DNA of 38,842 nucleotides from a bacterium (GTDB lineage: Bacteria; SZUA-182; DTGQ01). How positions within the stretch are numbered: position 1 is the stretch's first letter; the number at the start of each line of letters is the position of its first letter. The translations under genes were made by a program, and so were the position numbers. The DNA lies in contig JBFMGO010000046.1 of the NCBI GenBank assembly GCA_040752695.1, positions 1-38,842 on the forward strand, in the 5' to 3' direction. A model generated the notes under the pieces. That model had not been told where the DNA came from. It worked only from the letters and a program-made list of their open reading frames with translations, and did no database searches. Of this stretch, positions 37,701-38,842 are shown piece by piece.

Positions 37701-38007
37701 TGATGTTTTCATTGTTCATATCGATGAGCTTGAAGCGCAGTTGAACCCCGTCACCGGGTTTGATAAACCGGTTAGCGGTATTGACCGGTTCCATACTCAT
37801 TTTTATGGCTACAGAGGCATGGGCAGGATAAATACTCAGAATAAAGGGGAAAACCAGTGAGATAAGAAAAACCGCCAGGATGACACAAAAAAGTCTGTGG
37901 CGTGCCTCCGTAATTCTGTGCGTTCTATATATTCTATATATTCGATATGTTCTGTATGTATTATAGGTATTGTATGTCCTGTAGGTAATGAATGCCTGTG
38001 GTATCAT
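34765..38007 (-). CDS. Large secreted/surface protein: cohesin-like + carboxypeptidase-regulatory-like domain + about 8 Ig-like repeats + C-terminal CFI motif
   Basis: Signal H-region ending PAHA, about 90-aa repeats starting (L/F)xIxxP...T....I.(I/V)GG, C-terminal GEGFCFI. Start probably ATG 38007 (GAGGGGG upstream); the ORF track starts at 38073. Confidence 0.75.
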   Translation of the reverse strand: MIPQAFITYRTYNTYNTYRTYRIYRIYRTHRITEARHRLFCVILAVFLISLVFPFILSIYPAHASVAIKMSMEPVNTANRFIKPGDGVQLRFKLIDMNNENISGIMTDIIFDNQVLSISPDKDVQISPALKDKKTLYVNLVRSNKLRVMAIKQNSLIIPHDSDLFTATFRVIRIPSLLPGTMVYQDASSTSDQGRDVHTTANSFFIPMSDSSMALSSLSGTVSEAGKGVPVAMVGLFSTLQPEIFYQTMTDAAGSYSLPAIVEGTYTLVTAKENYNTSIEKKIVFSNGNSLVKNITLSKGQTVFTFVAPVTPDEGPYYTSRSSITVSGVTPHNTGSVIVQGSVLSTYGAGDLFWYTPVSLKVGDNIINASALDPNGRDLGNSSITITVTSAQKFKITIPSENESFKTESSSLTIGGTVSSEASSIDINGNKITSYTAGQSSWGTMVTLKEGNTIFYCTAKDAAGNMVGTDFISIFYSHEGGGGGGGNEDPLTITTPSETGFYQTGQSTITVGGRVSASTSSLTMNNTPLTNYVASSVSWNTPALTLTEGNNTFTFKSFDGDGSVLGEASILIRYQPGFVDKAFSITIPTQSDTYTAEDQEISIGGETPSNTSQIRVNGKVISGYQAGSTMWSSTLSLESGENLITAFAYNAEGLEIGTDSITIMFSLSFGNLTITQPTEAPFYQTKKSIIRLGGKTSAETTQILIDGQAFSDYQANQTVWGTDPSIPLGTTTFVVMAYDLDNNLVGRDEIIISNPGVLTIESPTTEGDYITGKKKLTLGGTVFLSSDDPVASTVKINGQALASYAAGSPVWEQEMILTGRENNFYVMAYDASDTLIGLDFLKVYWVDPSLIRFRIDRPAQDVLAVKERTVLIEGKTPFTTGKIYRNDTEISFQADDHPQGNLYNIPWTDSVELALGENTLVYQAVDESEQEIGRDGLLVICTGIMRIVEPALTDTMTYTTDEDAIRILLQIDQPSRESTLTINDDLLPSYAGQSTVNYQGSLQEGDNRYVFKLFDPNGIQTGYSAITIIKGNLPYKEKVGEGFCFIRSIWRSSRRIDLSARKWSGSQNVLFVNTIKGGNA

Positions 38008-38465
38008 ACTTACGATCCCCCTCGGGCAACGGTTGTTCCGGATATCCATGAACGATTGCTCCGGGATATCCATGAGATATTGAGATATATGGTTATGATA
38101 TTTTGGTAGGATAAGTGACTATGATATATCGGTTGCGCCCCCACATGCCTCTTTTTATCGGCTCATACTTCCCGGCGGCATCGGATATTTCTGATCCATT
38201 TCTCAATTACGTAAAGTTATGGGAAGAGTGCCCGTGCCAGATCATCGTCTGGTGTCTATTGTGTTATGGTAGTTATCATGACAATGATACACTAGGCAGA
38301 GTGCTTTGCCAATACGGTACTTACTTGATAATTCAGGTGCCCATGCTCCCTGTCGAGTTATTGTGTAATTGTATTGACAATCGCGGTACTGCCCGCCATA
38401 ATGACGATGGTACGAAGTTCTGCTATACGGCATTTCAGTATGTGATGTATTAAGGTGTTAAGACA

Positions 38466-38842
38466 ATGAAAAAGATAGGTATAACTTTCTGGCTTGTTCC
38501 TGTTTTGGTGATCTTCGCCCGAAATGGCTCCTGCGCTCTCAAAGACCGGTTGATCGATCCAGTGTATTTAAGGAATCCTGCGGCTTTCACCTTTCGGTTA
38601 TCCTATGGCGGAGTGAATTCGAGTACCGGTAAGAACAGGGCCTTACACGATCTTCGGGGAGGTGGCCTGGAAATTGAATATGAAAAGATGAATGCTTCAA
38701 CCTTGTTTTCAGGGGTGATTGGTCTTGGCTACCTCACCCTCGACAATAGTTCTTCCTCTGTGACGAGTTATCTGAAGGGCCCTTTTCTGAAAGCAGGAGT
38801 CAACTTCATAATTTTTTCCTCTCCCCTGCTGGACCTGAGGTT
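38466..38842 (+). CDS. Partial ORF running off the window; secreted, possibly an outer-membrane beta-barrel protein
   Basis: MKKIGITFWLVPVLVIFARNGSCA... stays open to the window end, with amphipathic strands (FTFRLSYGG, GLEIEY, VIGLGYL, FLKAGVNF). Confidence 0.6.
   Translation, partial: MKKIGITFWLVPVLVIFARNGSCALKDRLIDPVYLRNPAAFTFRLSYGGVNSSTGKNRALHDLRGGGLEIEYEKMNASTLFSGVIGLGYLTLDNSSSSVTSYLKGPFLKAGVNFIIFSSPLLDLR

Noticed and set aside
38040..38075. Direct repeat ggatatccatga x2 (24-bp period) as an operator
   Set aside because: Only two copies and no supporting regulator or promoter evidence.
38115..38453. 112-aa + strand ORF in the divergent intergenic region
   Set aside because: No recognisable motif and atypical composition; more likely promoter DNA between divergent genes.

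Overview
Bacterial window, probably from a Gram-negative organism (TonB-dependent receptor, PilQ secretin, lipoproteins); the taxon cannot be fixed from sequence alone. From left to right: (1) an IS with 17-bp terminal inverted repeats whose DDE transposase is broken by one in-frame TGA, followed by a 113-bp MITE-like element. (2) A co-oriented + strand cluster (1.8-13.2 kb): radical SAM/SPASM maturase, an unannotated overlapping 26-aa peptide ORF (MRIIKKGSKIVVPNPDCQFIIDFRFH) with a strong SD and a terminator, three tandem mosaic family-5 peptide-binding lipoproteins with no permease or ATPase, a TonB-dependent receptor and an orphan Cache-HAMP histidine kinase. This is the best candidate for an undescribed system, inferred to be a RiPP production and sensing (peptide signalling) locus. 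(3) A minus-strand DUF2760-like + two atypical Hsp70 module with trpS between the Hsp70 genes. (4) A decaying CheR / sensor kinase / hybrid kinase cluster with several internal lesions. (5) Two small membrane-protein ORFs. (6) pilMNOPQ followed by an Ig-like lipoprotein. (7) A large secreted cohesin/Ig-repeat protein coupled to a DJ-1/YajL gene, and a partial outer-membrane-type ORF at the right edge. All family assignments come from motif recognition by eye; no searches were run.
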